From positions 372,001-436,000 of the forward strand of contig NIVC01000446.1 in NCBI GenBank assembly GCA_002269645.1: DNA of 64,000 nucleotides. Reading direction: 5' to 3'. This document shows positions 1 through 13,020 of this stretch, piece by piece; positions within the stretch are counted from its first letter, which is position 1; each line of letters starts with the position of its first letter. Below the pieces are notes generated by a model. It saw only the letters and a list, made by a program, of their open reading frames with translations, did no database searches and was not told the DNA's origin. Both the position numbers and the translations under genes were made by a program. Source of the stretch: Macrostomum lignano. Taxonomy: Eukaryota.

Positions 1-3000
1 TGTCGCAGCTGCGCGCCGCCGATCTTAGCGACTACGATCAGCTGGAAGATATCTCGGCTAATGAGCACTGTCTGGCTTCTTTGGAGGCGTTCGCTTCTTG
101 TAGGGAAATTGTTTATTGGATTAGGTAAGTTAATAATTGATTTTTAAATGTTTTTATATGAGAAATCGATCAATAGCCTATTCATAGTTTGTAGGATGTA
201 ATAGTAGTTGTCCTGAGATCCCATCCTAACTTGTCCCGAGATCCCGTCTGAACTTGTCCCGTTGTCCCGAGATCCCGTCTGAACTTGTCCCGTTGTCCCG
301 AGATCCCGTCTGAACTTGTCCCGTTGTCCCGAGATCCCGTCTGAACTTGTCCCGTTGTCCCGAGATCCCGTCTGAACTTGTCCCGTTGTCCCGAGATCCC
401 GTCTGAACTTGTCCCGTTGTCCCGAGATCCCGTCTGAACTTGTCCCGTTGTCCCGAGATCCCGTCTGAACTTGTCCCGTTGTCCCGAGATCCCGTCTGAA
501 CTTGTCCCGTTGTCCCGAGATCCCGTCTGAACTTGTCCCGTTGTCCCGAGATCCCGTCTGAACTTGTCCCGTTGTCCCGAGATCCCGTCTGAACTTGTCC
601 CGGGATCCCGTTCTAACTTGTCCAGAGATCCCGTCTGAACTTGTCCTAAGATCCCGTCCCAACTTGTCCAGAGATCCCGTCATAACTTGTCCTAAGATCC
701 CGTCCCAACTTGTTCCGAGATCCCGTCATAACTTGTCTCGAGTTTCATGTCATTGCGCATCTCGAGATCCCACTCCAAATTGTCCTGAGATCCGTTCCGA
801 CTTATCAAAAGGCCCTTCAGTACCCTCAGAGATTAAGCAGTTGCTTTGAAAATGTTACGGCAGCTCTTAAGCTACGCTTGAGTCAATAAAAAATCTGTTT
901 ACTTACCATTTAATTGACTCCTGTTCATGTTCGGTGCTCTTACGTCCTGATCTCTAAGCTAAGCTGCATACCGAAGGAAAATAGCTGCAAATTTTATCTG
1001 TTGGAAAAGATGTACTTTAAAACATACTAGGTCATTCTTAATACCCTGCTCCTGAGGCCGAAAAAACCGAGGAAGGAAAGGAAATTTTAGCTGCCACCTT
1101 AAATTTTAGTGACAATGCGCAGGCAAACTACTTAAGACAGACTTAGACGCTATATTAAAGTACTGTTAAAGATGAATCAACTGTTCCAGCTTTCCACTTT
1201 CATATTTATTTATACCATCTATGCTTGATTTTTGAATACCAAACTAATGCAGGGAAAACATTCCCAAAGCCGATCTAAAAACGTTTTTCGACCTGGCCAT
1301 GATCTACGTCGGCGACGCTGGCGATATGGAGCAGAAACGGGTGGAAAATTTCTACCAAGCCGCTCAAGGCTTCGATTCTCTAATCTACGATATGCTGAGC
1401 GAGCGCTCCCAGCCAATCAGCTTGAATCATTTTCTGCGCCGCTGCGACCGGCCATTCACCAGCGCCAATGCCGATCACAGTCTGCCAGGGAAACTGCGCG
1501 ATGCCGGTAGCAAAGTTGGCTGGTTTAAGACTATCAAAGAGAGTCAGGTGTGTACAACCGAGTTGATGTATTTTAGTTAATTGTTTCGCATCTGAAGGCT
1601 GCGTACGGCTGTTCAGTCTTAGGACTGGGGGGTCGCTACACACACACACCCTCAATTACCCCAGCTAATGCTGACACCCATTTTACAGCTGGGTGAACTG
1701 AAGCAATGCAGATAAAAGTGTCTTTCTCAAGGACAAATTGTTCCCATGGTTGCATATATACTATAAAAATAAAGGCAGCTGAAATGACTTTCATAAGTTT
1801 AAATAAAAGCCCAAAAAGCTTGCAGGCGTAAACAACTTGCTAATTAGTTCAGCAATAATGTACATTGGCCAGTCCACTGAAATGTACATGGCCGCTTTAG
1901 GCTGGAATTCCGAGAAAGGCAATAAAAATTGGACCGGTGCGAGGGATAGTGTGAAAAGGCGCTGTTTAAGCTCTGGGGGTAAGAGCCAATAAAATGAGCC
2001 TTGGCTTTAAAAATACATTGCTTCTGTTTAACTCACTACTGAAATGAAAGTAGCTTACACGCAAATGTTCTAAGTAGGCAAACTAGTCATTGTAGTATCT
2101 GGATGAACTGAAGCAATTAGCATTAAAATTTTAATTCTTCGGCGATCTTGCATAACTTTTTTGATGAAAAATTCGAATTTAATGCTATTAAAGGGCGCTC
2201 AGTTTGGATTTTTAATTCAAGTACCCACCATGGAGGGCTTAGTGCGCTAGTTAATCTTCTAATTTTATTCTACGAGCTAATATATATTAATTTGACAAGA
2301 AAAACTGCCCACTCTGTCCCAGGGCTCCGTTGAGAAGTCTACGCTAAAGAAAATCCAAGAGATACTGGAACGAGGCGAGATGGAAATCGGTTGCGATGTG
2401 CCATTCGACGAGCCATTCCGACTGCTAGTGGCCCCGGACGCTAAGCGGCCAGACGATAAGACGTCCGAGTTTCTATTCGAAGATATTCGAGATCTACAGT
2501 CGAAGCTGATGCTCATCGCCGGTCAGTCAGTCGAGAACGGTAAACTATTTGATCACTTTGTCAATCTGACGGACTCCGCGACTTCTCTGATTGATACCGT
2601 GAAGGAATTCCGGCGGCACTGCTGCTTGCTGTGCGACAGCTTGGTTATTAGGTATGCCAGAGCATTTCCAGCTCAACCAATGATACTAGCCTGAAATCAA
2701 ACCTAGTCCTGGGTCCTAATTCGAAAAGTTCAAAATCAAATAAAATTACCCACACCACTAGCCCATCCTTTACACTGCTGAGTCTCTCTGACCAGACCCG
2801 CAGAAGTTGCTCAAGTTTGACAATTGATAGAACATTGATCGAAGATAGAAGATATTCAACAAAAGAGTAACCGAGCTAACTTAGCCAATATAGCTATTAT
2901 AACATTTATACCTAAGGGCGCCTTCTGATTTTCCATTAACGCTCTTTAATCAAGGGATATTAATTTTATTGTACCATATGACGTTTTTCCCCAAGCCATT

Positions 3001-6000
3001 GTCTTTCTCCCTTCCACCATTCAGTGGACTTTTATTCTATCTTATCTATCTCTCTTCTCAGAGAACCGGCCAAAGAAAAGTCACAAAAATCGGACAAGAA
3101 ATGTCTATGGCCGAAACCCCATTATCGGCTAATGCAATTATCGAGAAATAACGAGAGAGAGCTTGGAATTAACAGGCGACATTGTATATGTATAATAACT
3201 TACTGAAACGAGGAGAATGTCTATGCAGAATCTCCGAGGCGAAGCGGAGAATATTGACCAGATTCGCGGAGATTATGAGTATTCTCCGCTCGCTGTATTC
3301 GCGGGACACGTTTTGTCTGTGGTTTTGTCTACGTTTTGTTCAACCAACCTCACTCTGGTTGGAGATAGACCCAATCACAGTGACTCAATTTGCACCGTTT
3401 CCTTTAAATTGCAGAGCCCACCTGGGCAAGGGCAAGCACAACAATCTAATGCTTGAGCTGCGATCGCACACCATTAATAGCAGCCATAACGAAATCGAAC
3501 CAGCCCTGCAGCAGCTCAGCAGGGTGCTGAAATCCTGCCTGTCCGAGTGGAAGGCATTAATCGATGCAGCCAGACGAAAACACCACGTGCTCAATTATTT
3601 TTTAATGAGTCAAATCAAAGTTCTTCAGACTGAGTTGGCGAAATTTTTTGCTACTATTAATGCCGGACAAGATGTAAGATTTGAGAACTTGTGTCTTGAT
3701 ATTTGTGCTAATAATAGTTAATAATTGATTACACCTGCTCCAATTGGGCCAGTTCAGTCCATGTACTGGAGGGGGTCGTCACACACACACCTTCAATTAC
3801 CCCAGCTAATGCTGGCACCCATTTTACAGTTGGGTGAACTGAAGCAATGCAGAGTTAAGTGTCTTGCTCAAGGACACAAATTGTTCCGAGTCGGATCAGG
3901 AATCGAACCCCAGACCTTCCCCATTCGGCTACAACAATTGTACTATTTATAGTAAAGACTTTAATATATGGCGGAAACTGCTTAATTCTATTTTAATCTA
4001 TTTTCACTCTCAGGTGAGTGTCGGCCTACTCCATTTGCTGTCGCATTTGAAGCCCGACTGCAAAATTGAAGATATTGATGAGGCTGTGGTTCAGGTAATG
4101 ATTAAAAAAGCCAACGAGCAGGTGCTAATTGATCAGCGAGATGCAGTCACAGGTGGCGGAGTTACCAGCAGCGTCTATCAAACAGTTGTCGCTCACCTGG
4201 AGGATAACGGCTACTCTGATCCGAGTGTTATTAAGCAGGTTACCCGGGTGCTATTCCGGCTTCGCAGTGTCTCTGAAAGGGTAAGCGAGTCCTGTTTTTA
4301 GGAACCCCCTAATATCAATGAGGGATAGCCCCGTAAGACACAGAGTCTGCGTGCATGATTAGAAAGTCGGGGCCGCTGTACACCCTGTGTGAGCGTGTGT
4401 ACAAGTGCTTGTCTGCCTGCAGTATGAAAGCTGGCCAAGCCACTCAGGATCTGGGAGGCTGGCCCAGCAACTGAGGATCTGGGAGGCTGGCCCAGCAACT
4501 GAGGATCTGGGAGGCTGGCCCAGTAACTGAGGATCTGGGAGACTAGCCCAGCAACTGAGGATCTGGGAGGGTAGCCTAGTTACTGAGGATCTGGGCCATT
4601 GGCGCTTGTATGCTCAGGAGTCAAAATTATCAAATCCCTCCCCTCCATCCCTGTTCAAATAACAGCAACAGCCGGAAGACTTGCAGCAGCTTCTGGACAA
4701 AGCCAGCCGGTTGGCTCGACACGTAGAAAATCGTGGAGGCGGTGCCGGCATTAGCGAGATTGACATCGACTGCGATGATGCCGGCGACACTGCAACCCGA
4801 CGGGACTGGGCGACGGCCGATGATCATCTGCTTGCGCTGATGGCACCCGCAGGTGACCAGCAGTCAGCTTTGCCTGCTGACCAGGCATTCAACCAGCTGT
4901 GGCGCGCCTTCGTCGACCTGTTGGACGAATCGCATCGGGACTTTCTCAGCTTTGACGATCTCGCCAAACTGCTGGATCGACTGCGGCAAAGACAGTCTGG
5001 CGCCTCTGGCCAAGCGTTCGAGTCTCTATTGGCGGGTGGCTGGCCAGAGGACAAGCCTGTTGCTCTGTGCTTGGAAGAGCGCGAACAATTGCCAGTGACT
5101 CTGCACCTGTTCCGTGCCGCATTCAGCCGCCTGCCGCGCTTAGAAGAGGTGCTATTGTGCAGCGAGGACACCCGCCCGGAGGAGCTGCTAGTTTTTCTGC
5201 AGCGCTGCCTGTGCGACCCCAGCAAAGCCGGCCTGTACGTGATTATGCATGCGGATAGGCTGACCTATGAACTCTCTCGCCAGGCTGAGGCTCGCGTAAA
5301 CGAACTGTTGCAATGGCTGCACCAGCATAGTCGATTGCAAAACTCTAATGTTGTTTTTCTAATGTCCGACGAACAGCAGAAGCGTTTCCCACTGTGCAAC
5401 CTGCTGGCCGAGTACACTCGCGAGCTGCAGATAAAACCGGATCGTGCCGAGCTCTGCCGCTGGGTGTCAAATCGACTTCGTGGCCAACAGCCCGCCAATA
5501 GTCAGGTAGGCACTCGTAGTGGGGCCAAGATTATGTTCTAGATGGCCATTATTCTCTGCTTCTCTGCTCAGCTTGGATCGGTATGCTCTCTGTTTAGCTT
5601 GCGGTTCTATTCTGCCTCTGCTTCTGCTTCTTTTACTGTAAATTTGTTTTGCTCTCTTTACCCGTATAAAAGTAGGACGGTCAGATAGTCAGTTTTGTGA
5701 CCATTTTATGACACCCAAACAACGGTATCACAATTGACCCTTCATTGTGACCCTCAATAGTGACAGCTTATTTGGCTCTCTCATTGGACGGTCACATTGA
5801 CGGTCACACGAGAGACCGTTTATTTGACGGTCGCATTTGATTGTCACATTGGCGCCGTTGGCGGTCACATTATTAACTGACGGTCACATCACTGTCAAGC
5901 GTAACGGTTATCTTGGTCTCAAAAATATTTACAATCTCATACTACTGATGATATATACACATTTGGCCCATGACATTTGACCCAGTGGACCATTTGACCC

Positions 6001-9000
6001 AGAACCCATGACCCAGTGACCCATTTGACCCAGTGAACCTCATTTGACCCAGTGAACCATTTGACCCAGTGAACTCATTTGACCCAGTGACCATTTGACC
6101 CAGTAACCCATGACCCAGTGACCCATTTGACCCAGTGAACCATTTGACCCAGTGAACCATTTGACCCAGTGAACTATTTGACCCAGTGACCCATTTGACC
6201 CAGTGACCCATTTGACCCAGTGAACCCATTTGACCCAGTGAACCATTTGACCCAGTGAACTATTTGACCCAGTGACCCATTTGACCCAGTGACCATTTGA
6301 CCCAGTGAACCATTTGACCCAGTGAACTATTTGACCCAGTGAACCATTTGACCCAGTGAACCTTTTGACCCAGTGACCCACTTGACCCAGTGACCCATTT
6401 GACCCAGTGACCCATTTGACCCAGTGACCCATTTGACCCAGTGAACCATTTGACCCAGTGACCCATTTGACCCAGTGAACTATTTGACCCAGTGACTCAT
6501 TTGACCCAGTGACCCATTTGACCCAGTGAACCTTTTGACCCAGTGAACTATTTGACCCAGTGAACCATTTGACCCAGTGAACCTTTTGACCCAGTGACCC
6601 ACTTGACCCAGTGAACCATTTGACCCAGTGAACTATTTGACCCAGTGACCCATTTGACCCAGTGAACCATTTGACCCAGTGACCCATTTGACCCAGTGAA
6701 CCATTTGACCCAGTGAACTATTTGACCCAGTGACCCATTTGACCCAGTGAACCATTTGACCCAGTGAACCATTTGACCCAGTGAACTATTTGACCCAAAG
6801 CTGACTAAATAGCTGATTGTATATTAATCCTACAGGTGGTGCTAGTCCACTCAGACAGGTCTGGCATGGGCAAATCGCTAATCTGCCAACGCATGGCCGA
6901 AGCTAAACTGCAGGGCAGATGCCAGCAGCCCAGAATCTTTGCCTGGCACGACAGCCATCTGCCTTCGGACCAGCTGTTTCGCTTCTTTGTTGACAATCAG
7001 CTACTGGACGATGCCGCTGCCGGAGCTGCTAGAACCTCCTATTGTGGCCAGGTGTTTCACCTGGACCTAGCCCGCGAGGTGCAAACTGGCCTAGACGCCT
7101 GTCTGACTCAGCTGTTCATCTTTGGCGGCCTTGTCGACTCCACCGGCCGCGTGTGGCGTCGAGACCAGCGCGATCTGTACCTTGTCGAGCATTCGCCGAA
7201 TCTGTTCTGTCGGGATGAATTCCATGTGCTCGCCATGCTGCCAAGAATCCGGTGTCTGGGGCCTGTTGAAGCTCTGCAACGATTGCAGCGCATCAGAGAT
7301 GAGTCAGGCGATGCTGCTAGCTACAATTCACCCTGGGAGCCGCTGTATGATACGGAGAATTTCAAGCAGGGCTGGATGCGCCGGCCCGCATTGGCGCTGG
7401 ATTGCTTCGACCGTGGACTGAATTCGCCGCCACCACTGGCGCCCGGCGTGATGGATCAACCTGTTGAGATTCTGGCCGCTCTGTTGAAGCACTGCGGTCT
7501 GACTGCGCCTGCTTGGCAGGAATTGATCAACTTTGCCAAATTTTTCAATAAACAAATGGAAGACTGCGACAATTCAGTGTTCTGTAGCGAAGTGATGAAG
7601 GACGATTTGCCGGGCTTTAGGGAATTTATTGTTCGGTGTATGCTGCTCATGTCGAAAGATTTTGCTACTAGGTGAGATTGTTAATTGTATTTAAATATGC
7701 ATGTACACAAGCGCGCCAATACTGTACGCAGGCACGCACTCGTACACCCGCTCACCCAGGGTGTACAGCGGCGGCCTTCTGACTTGGCATGTACACAGCT
7801 CTCTTTGCATGGGGGATTCGGCCCTAAAGATGAAATATAGCTACTATTAAGAAGGGGTTTTGCGAGTCACATTTTAGTCATAATCAACCCTTTTTAAGAC
7901 TCGGGGCTCGCCCATTTTGTACACTCGGGCTCGCCCATTTTGTACACTCGGGCTCGCCCATTTTGTACACTCGGGCTCGCCCATTTTGTACACTCGGGCT
8001 CGCCCATTTTGTACACTCGGGCTCGCCCATTTTGTACACTCGGGCTCGCCTATTTTGTACACTCAGGCTCGCCCATTTTGTACACTCGGGCTCGCCCATT
8101 TTGTACACTCGGGCTCGCCCATTTTGTACACTCGGGCTAGCCCATTTTGTACACTCGGGCTAGCCCATTTTGTACACTCGGGCTAGCCCATTTTGTACAC
8201 TCGGGGGCTCGCCCATTTTGTACACTCGGGCTAGCCCATTTTGTACACTCGGGGGCTCGCCCATTTTGTACACTCGGGGGCTCGCCCATTTTGTACACTC
8301 GGGGGCTCGCCCATTTTGTACACTCGGGCTAGCCCATTTTGTACACTCGGGGGCTCGCCCATTTTGTACACTCGGGGCTCGCCCATTTTGTACACTCGGG
8401 GGCTCGCCCATTTTGTACACTCGGGCTAGCCCATTTTGTACACTCGGGCTCGCCCATTTTGTCGATACTATCTGGTACACTGTTGATTAAAAAATAATTA
8501 GGCCGCTGTATGCCCTGTGTAATATTCATGATGATTTGTATTGGTACCATTCTCACTGTTTGCAATTTTCTCTCCAAGGTCGTTAAACATATCGGACGAA
8601 TCTGGCGGTCGCGATGCCCAGTCATCAGCGCCGGCAGCAGTGGCAAGCGGCTCAGCTGAGCAGCTGCTGCAGCAGTATAATCTGAAGCGTCGCTGGGAGC
8701 ACGAGGTGCACCCTTATGTTCTTTTCAATCACGACCGGATGTCTTTCACCTTCTTCGGCTTCGTTATTGACCGCAACGGGAACCTGCTGGACGCCAAGAC
8801 TCGGGCTGTTATTCAGCCGGGCGTTATGCCGCCTCAACTGTTTCGCATTCTGCGCGCTCAACGGGTGCCGCTAGACGAGAATTTTGACACCATCAAGCGG
8901 CCTGATAAAATTGCTCGTTTGAGAACTATACTTGGCTATCAGGTGTGATACTGATTGATTTCTTTTTTACTGTATGTATATGTAGCTTTTAAAGCGTATC

Positions 9001-12000
9001 TCACTCTTTAAGCGTTAAAAAGTAAATTGTCAGTCACTATCACAAAATTGAAATTTCACAAGCTCGATTCTCAACAAGCTCGATTCTTGACAAGCTCGAT
9101 TCTTCATAAGCTTGATTCTTCAAACAAGCTCGATTCTTGACAAGCTCGATTCTTGACAAGCTCGATTCTTGACAAGCTCGATTCTTCATAAGCTTGATTC
9201 TTCAAACAAGCTCGATTCTTGACAAGCTCGATTCTTCATAAGCTTTATTCTTCAAACAAGCTCGATTCTTGACAAGCTCGATTCTTGACAAGCTCGATTC
9301 TTCATAAGCTTGATTCTTCAAACAAGCTCGATTCTTGACAAGCTCGATTCTTCATAAGCTTTATTCTTCAAACAAGCTCGATTCTTGACAAGCTCGATTC
9401 TTGACAAGCTCGATTCTTCATAAGCTTGATTCTTCAAACAAGCTCGATTCTTGACAAGCTCGACTCTTCACAAGCTCGATTCTTCACAAGCTCGACTTTT
9501 CACAAGCTCGGAAGTTTCGCGTACTCAAAATTTTACCTGTCATATACAATCAGGATTTTGAATTTCAAAATTAGACAAGAGACTTTTCGACAATGCAAAG
9601 TTTCGAATTTTAAAAAGCGACCCTAGATGAGCCCGAAGTAAGGCTACAGGTACTGAGCAAACCAACTGCAGCCGATAATTCACTCTGGTCTGAAGAGTTA
9701 TCAATATTGCAGTCGGTTTGATTCTAACATAAAATTAAAGCTGTTAATAAACACTGCACACAATCGCAGACCACCGGTATGGTGCCAGATCCCGATCCCA
9801 GCTACGAGCTGACTCTGGACAATGTGAAGAAAATGCTAGCCATTGTGATGCGCTTCCGCTGCGGCATACCCGTTGTTGTTATGGGCGAAACTGGATGCGG
9901 CAAGACTCGCCTAGTGGAATACTTGGCCAAGCTGATGCGGCCAAGCACGCTCAGGATTGACAATATGATTGTTCTTAAAGTGCACGGCGGCATCACGGAA
10001 GATTCTATCGTTAATGTTGTTCGCAAGGCTGAGAAACTGGCCGACAGAAATTATAAAAGTATGAATAAGGCAAATCGGTCTGGCCAACTCTATACTGTTC
10101 TGTTCTTTGACGAGGTGAGTCGGTTGGCTGCTGATTGTGATAATAGTATTAATAATAATAAAAATAATAATCGCCAGATTTTAGCCTCATAAATTTCTTA
10201 CTCTAAAGAATGTTAGTTAAAAGCGAGTCTGGAACGATATTGCAGGAGCAGAGTAGCTCAACGTCTTACTGCATGCCATGACGCAATGTTTTTTCAGGCT
10301 CACTGGGTCTGGGGTGGCGGTTTTTAATGTTGCTAAATATCCAGCAACAGCGAAGCAAGCCAAATCCAGTGCATGGCAAGCAAGAGAAAAAGGGGTGGCC
10401 CCCCAGCCCTCAGCCAGGCTGATAAGCAGCTGGGCTTTCCTCTTGCCCGCTTGTGTCTGACTTTGCCCTCTCTCCTTACTGCTCTCTCATTGGCTGAGCT
10501 AGATTGGGCCTGCCCCTTACCCGGTTAAAAAAAAGACGGTCGCCAAAATGGCTTGCGACTGTTCATTCCGCGACCGTTGGTCGACCGTATGTCGACCGTT
10601 CGTCGACCGTTGCCTGTCACGCGTCGACCGTTGATTTTCGACCGTCGTTTTCGTCGACCTTTGCGACTAACAATGCGACCGTTTGGGGACCTACTCCTGC
10701 GACCGTTCCTGCGACCGTCCATCGACCGTTCCCACGACCGTCCATCGACCATTCCCGCGACCGTCCATCGACCGTTCCCACGACCGTCTATCGACCGTTC
10801 CCACGACCGTCTATCGACCGTTCCCGCGCCCGTTCCTGCGACCGTCCATCGACCATTCCTGCGACCGTCCATCGATCATTCCTGCGACCGTCCATCGACC
10901 GTTCATCGACTGTTCCTGCGACCGTTCATCGACCGTTCATCGACCGTTCCTGCGACCGTCCATCGACTGTTCATCGACCGTTCCTGCGACCGTTCATCGA
11001 CCGTTCCTGCGACCGTTCATCGACCGTTCCTGCGACCGTTCATCGACCGTTCCTGCGACCGTTCATCGACCGTTCCTGCGACCGTCCATCGACTGTTCAT
11101 CGACCGTTCCTGCGACCGTTCATCGACCGTTCCTGCGACCGTTCATCGACCGTTCCTGCGACCGTCCATCGACTGTTCATCGACCGTTCCTGCGACCGTT
11201 CCTGCGACCGTTCCTGTGACCCGTCCTGCGACCGTTCGTCCTCCTTTCATCGACCGTTCAGCGACTGTTTGGATTGCTCCGGCGACCCTTCGTCGCCCTA
11301 GATCGTATTGTGTTCTAAAAGTCTAAAAATGAAAAAAAGCGTGTAAAGACGGAAACTTTCTTTCGCTACTAATTATTACTTTCGACAAATTGAAGATTTA
11401 ACGCGTCGAAAATGTAGGAAGCGTAGACAGTGTAGACATTCTTCCCTGTTTATTTTCTACTTTTTGTTATCAATAATACCAAAAAACAAAAACATTTGCG
11501 TATATAAACGAAGCGCATAAAGGAACAAATGCCAAAGGAGTGACAGAGAAGTGGCCAGACGGAGGGGAGAGATGAAATTGTAAGATGGGTATTTTAGGTT
11601 AATGCAGTGCTAAATGCTAAACGCCCAGGCGCATGTGTCTCGCATTTTCGGAAACTGCACGTTCAAATTCGTGTGAGCAAGTAATTAATAGCTACATACT
11701 TCACGCTGCTCGCGAACATTTGTGACACTAATTATAACTACTGCTTTAACTGCTATAACTGCTACTGCTATAACTATAACTATTGCTGCTGCTATTTTAC
11801 CCACCACGGCTGCTCCGTGTTGGGCAAGTAGCATAAATTTTTAAATATCGAGCTGGTGCTAGATTTAATGTAGGTGGAGTAAGGGAAAGAAAAAACTGGT
11901 GCTCACATTGCCCAAGTAGGAAATTGCCACGAGCAAGTGTTAGTTTAAGTAGTAAAAAAATAATTCATTTTTTCAATAACTTGCCACACACTGAAGCTGC

Positions 12001-12815
12001 TGCACTTGTTGCCGTTTCGTTGTTGGTTTATTGTGCTGTTCTAGATGAATAAATACATTCGTCACATATATGGAATTCCATCATCTATGGTAGTGTCACT
12101 GAAAGGTGTGGAATAATGGCCACATCGATTAATTATTGCTTCTGGCTAAAAGTATACATACAATGAGAGAACACAAGCGTCAGGTAAAATGCACAGGTTC
12201 GTATAATGGAACAACAAATGTAATTAAGTAGTTGGGCTCCGTAGTAGGATGGGATAAAGCTAGGATAGGCTTAGAAAACGAGGCACAGTTTGCCATGAAT
12301 GAAAAATATACGAATATTTTGTTATGAAAGCAGAAAATGGCAGAAAGGCCCCTTAATTAGAGGCACAAAATGCAGAAAATACTTTTATAAGGGATATAAG
12401 GCTTCAGTAAAAGGGACTTGCAGCATATTGGAAGTTTACCTGGAGCTGATTACACACGTCTATTTTTATAGGATTAGTTTCATTTTCAGGAAGTACTTCC
12501 AATAGACAGTATGCCTTTCTTAATCCCGTAAATATAAGGTAGCATAAAAAACATATAGTTAAAATCGTGACATGGGTCAGCTGGCGTTCTGCAGAAACAA
12601 TTTTCAACGTGTCCCGATCCGATTTCGTAGCTTCCATTGCGAATAGACGACCTGATCATGTGCTTCTTTCCATACGTTGTTGGACATTAAGTCACTTGCA
12701 CTTTTTCATTCTCTAAGTAGCTAAGTAAAGAAAGGGCAAAAACGATGAGTTGGTGAAGCCATCGTGGGGGGGGGCTTCTCAAGGCGGATTTTTCTGCAAC
12801 TGTTTCCACCTGGCT

Positions 12816-12914
<99 letters not shown>

Positions 12915-12955
12915 GACAGAGAGAGAGACAGAGAGGGAGAGAGAGAGATCCAGAG

Positions 12956-13020
<65 letters not shown>

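Noticed and set aside
222-600. Regular 31-bp repeats (and the 78/81-bp and 54-bp arrays) as a possible CRISPR array
   Set aside because: The units are head-to-tail with no unique spacers, there are no cas genes, and the context is a spliced eukaryotic gene.
144-683. Long repetitive ORFs over the minisatellites (also 5942-6772, 7874-8490, 28764-30489, 30987-31772, 37467-38248, 39648-42033, 42640-43512, 44691-45281, 50714-51649, 59434-59776)
   Set aside because: They are stop-free translations of tandem repeats lying inside introns of the reconstructed RNF213-like gene, often open in several frames and on both strands, with no protein-like complexity.
10517-10519. TTA target duplication suggesting a PIF/Harbinger element
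   Set aside because: CCCGG termini, subterminal arrays and the transposase motifs (NVDG, DAPQRA, HNG..GC..C, PR.L..W...E) are CACTA/EnSpm-type; I found no Harbinger nuclease or Myb/SANT ORF.
10504-11326. ORFs of 115-265 aa across the subterminal arrays (and 26575-27382)
   Set aside because: Translations of the CGACCGT repeat (RPS/TVP/DRS low complexity), open in most frames.
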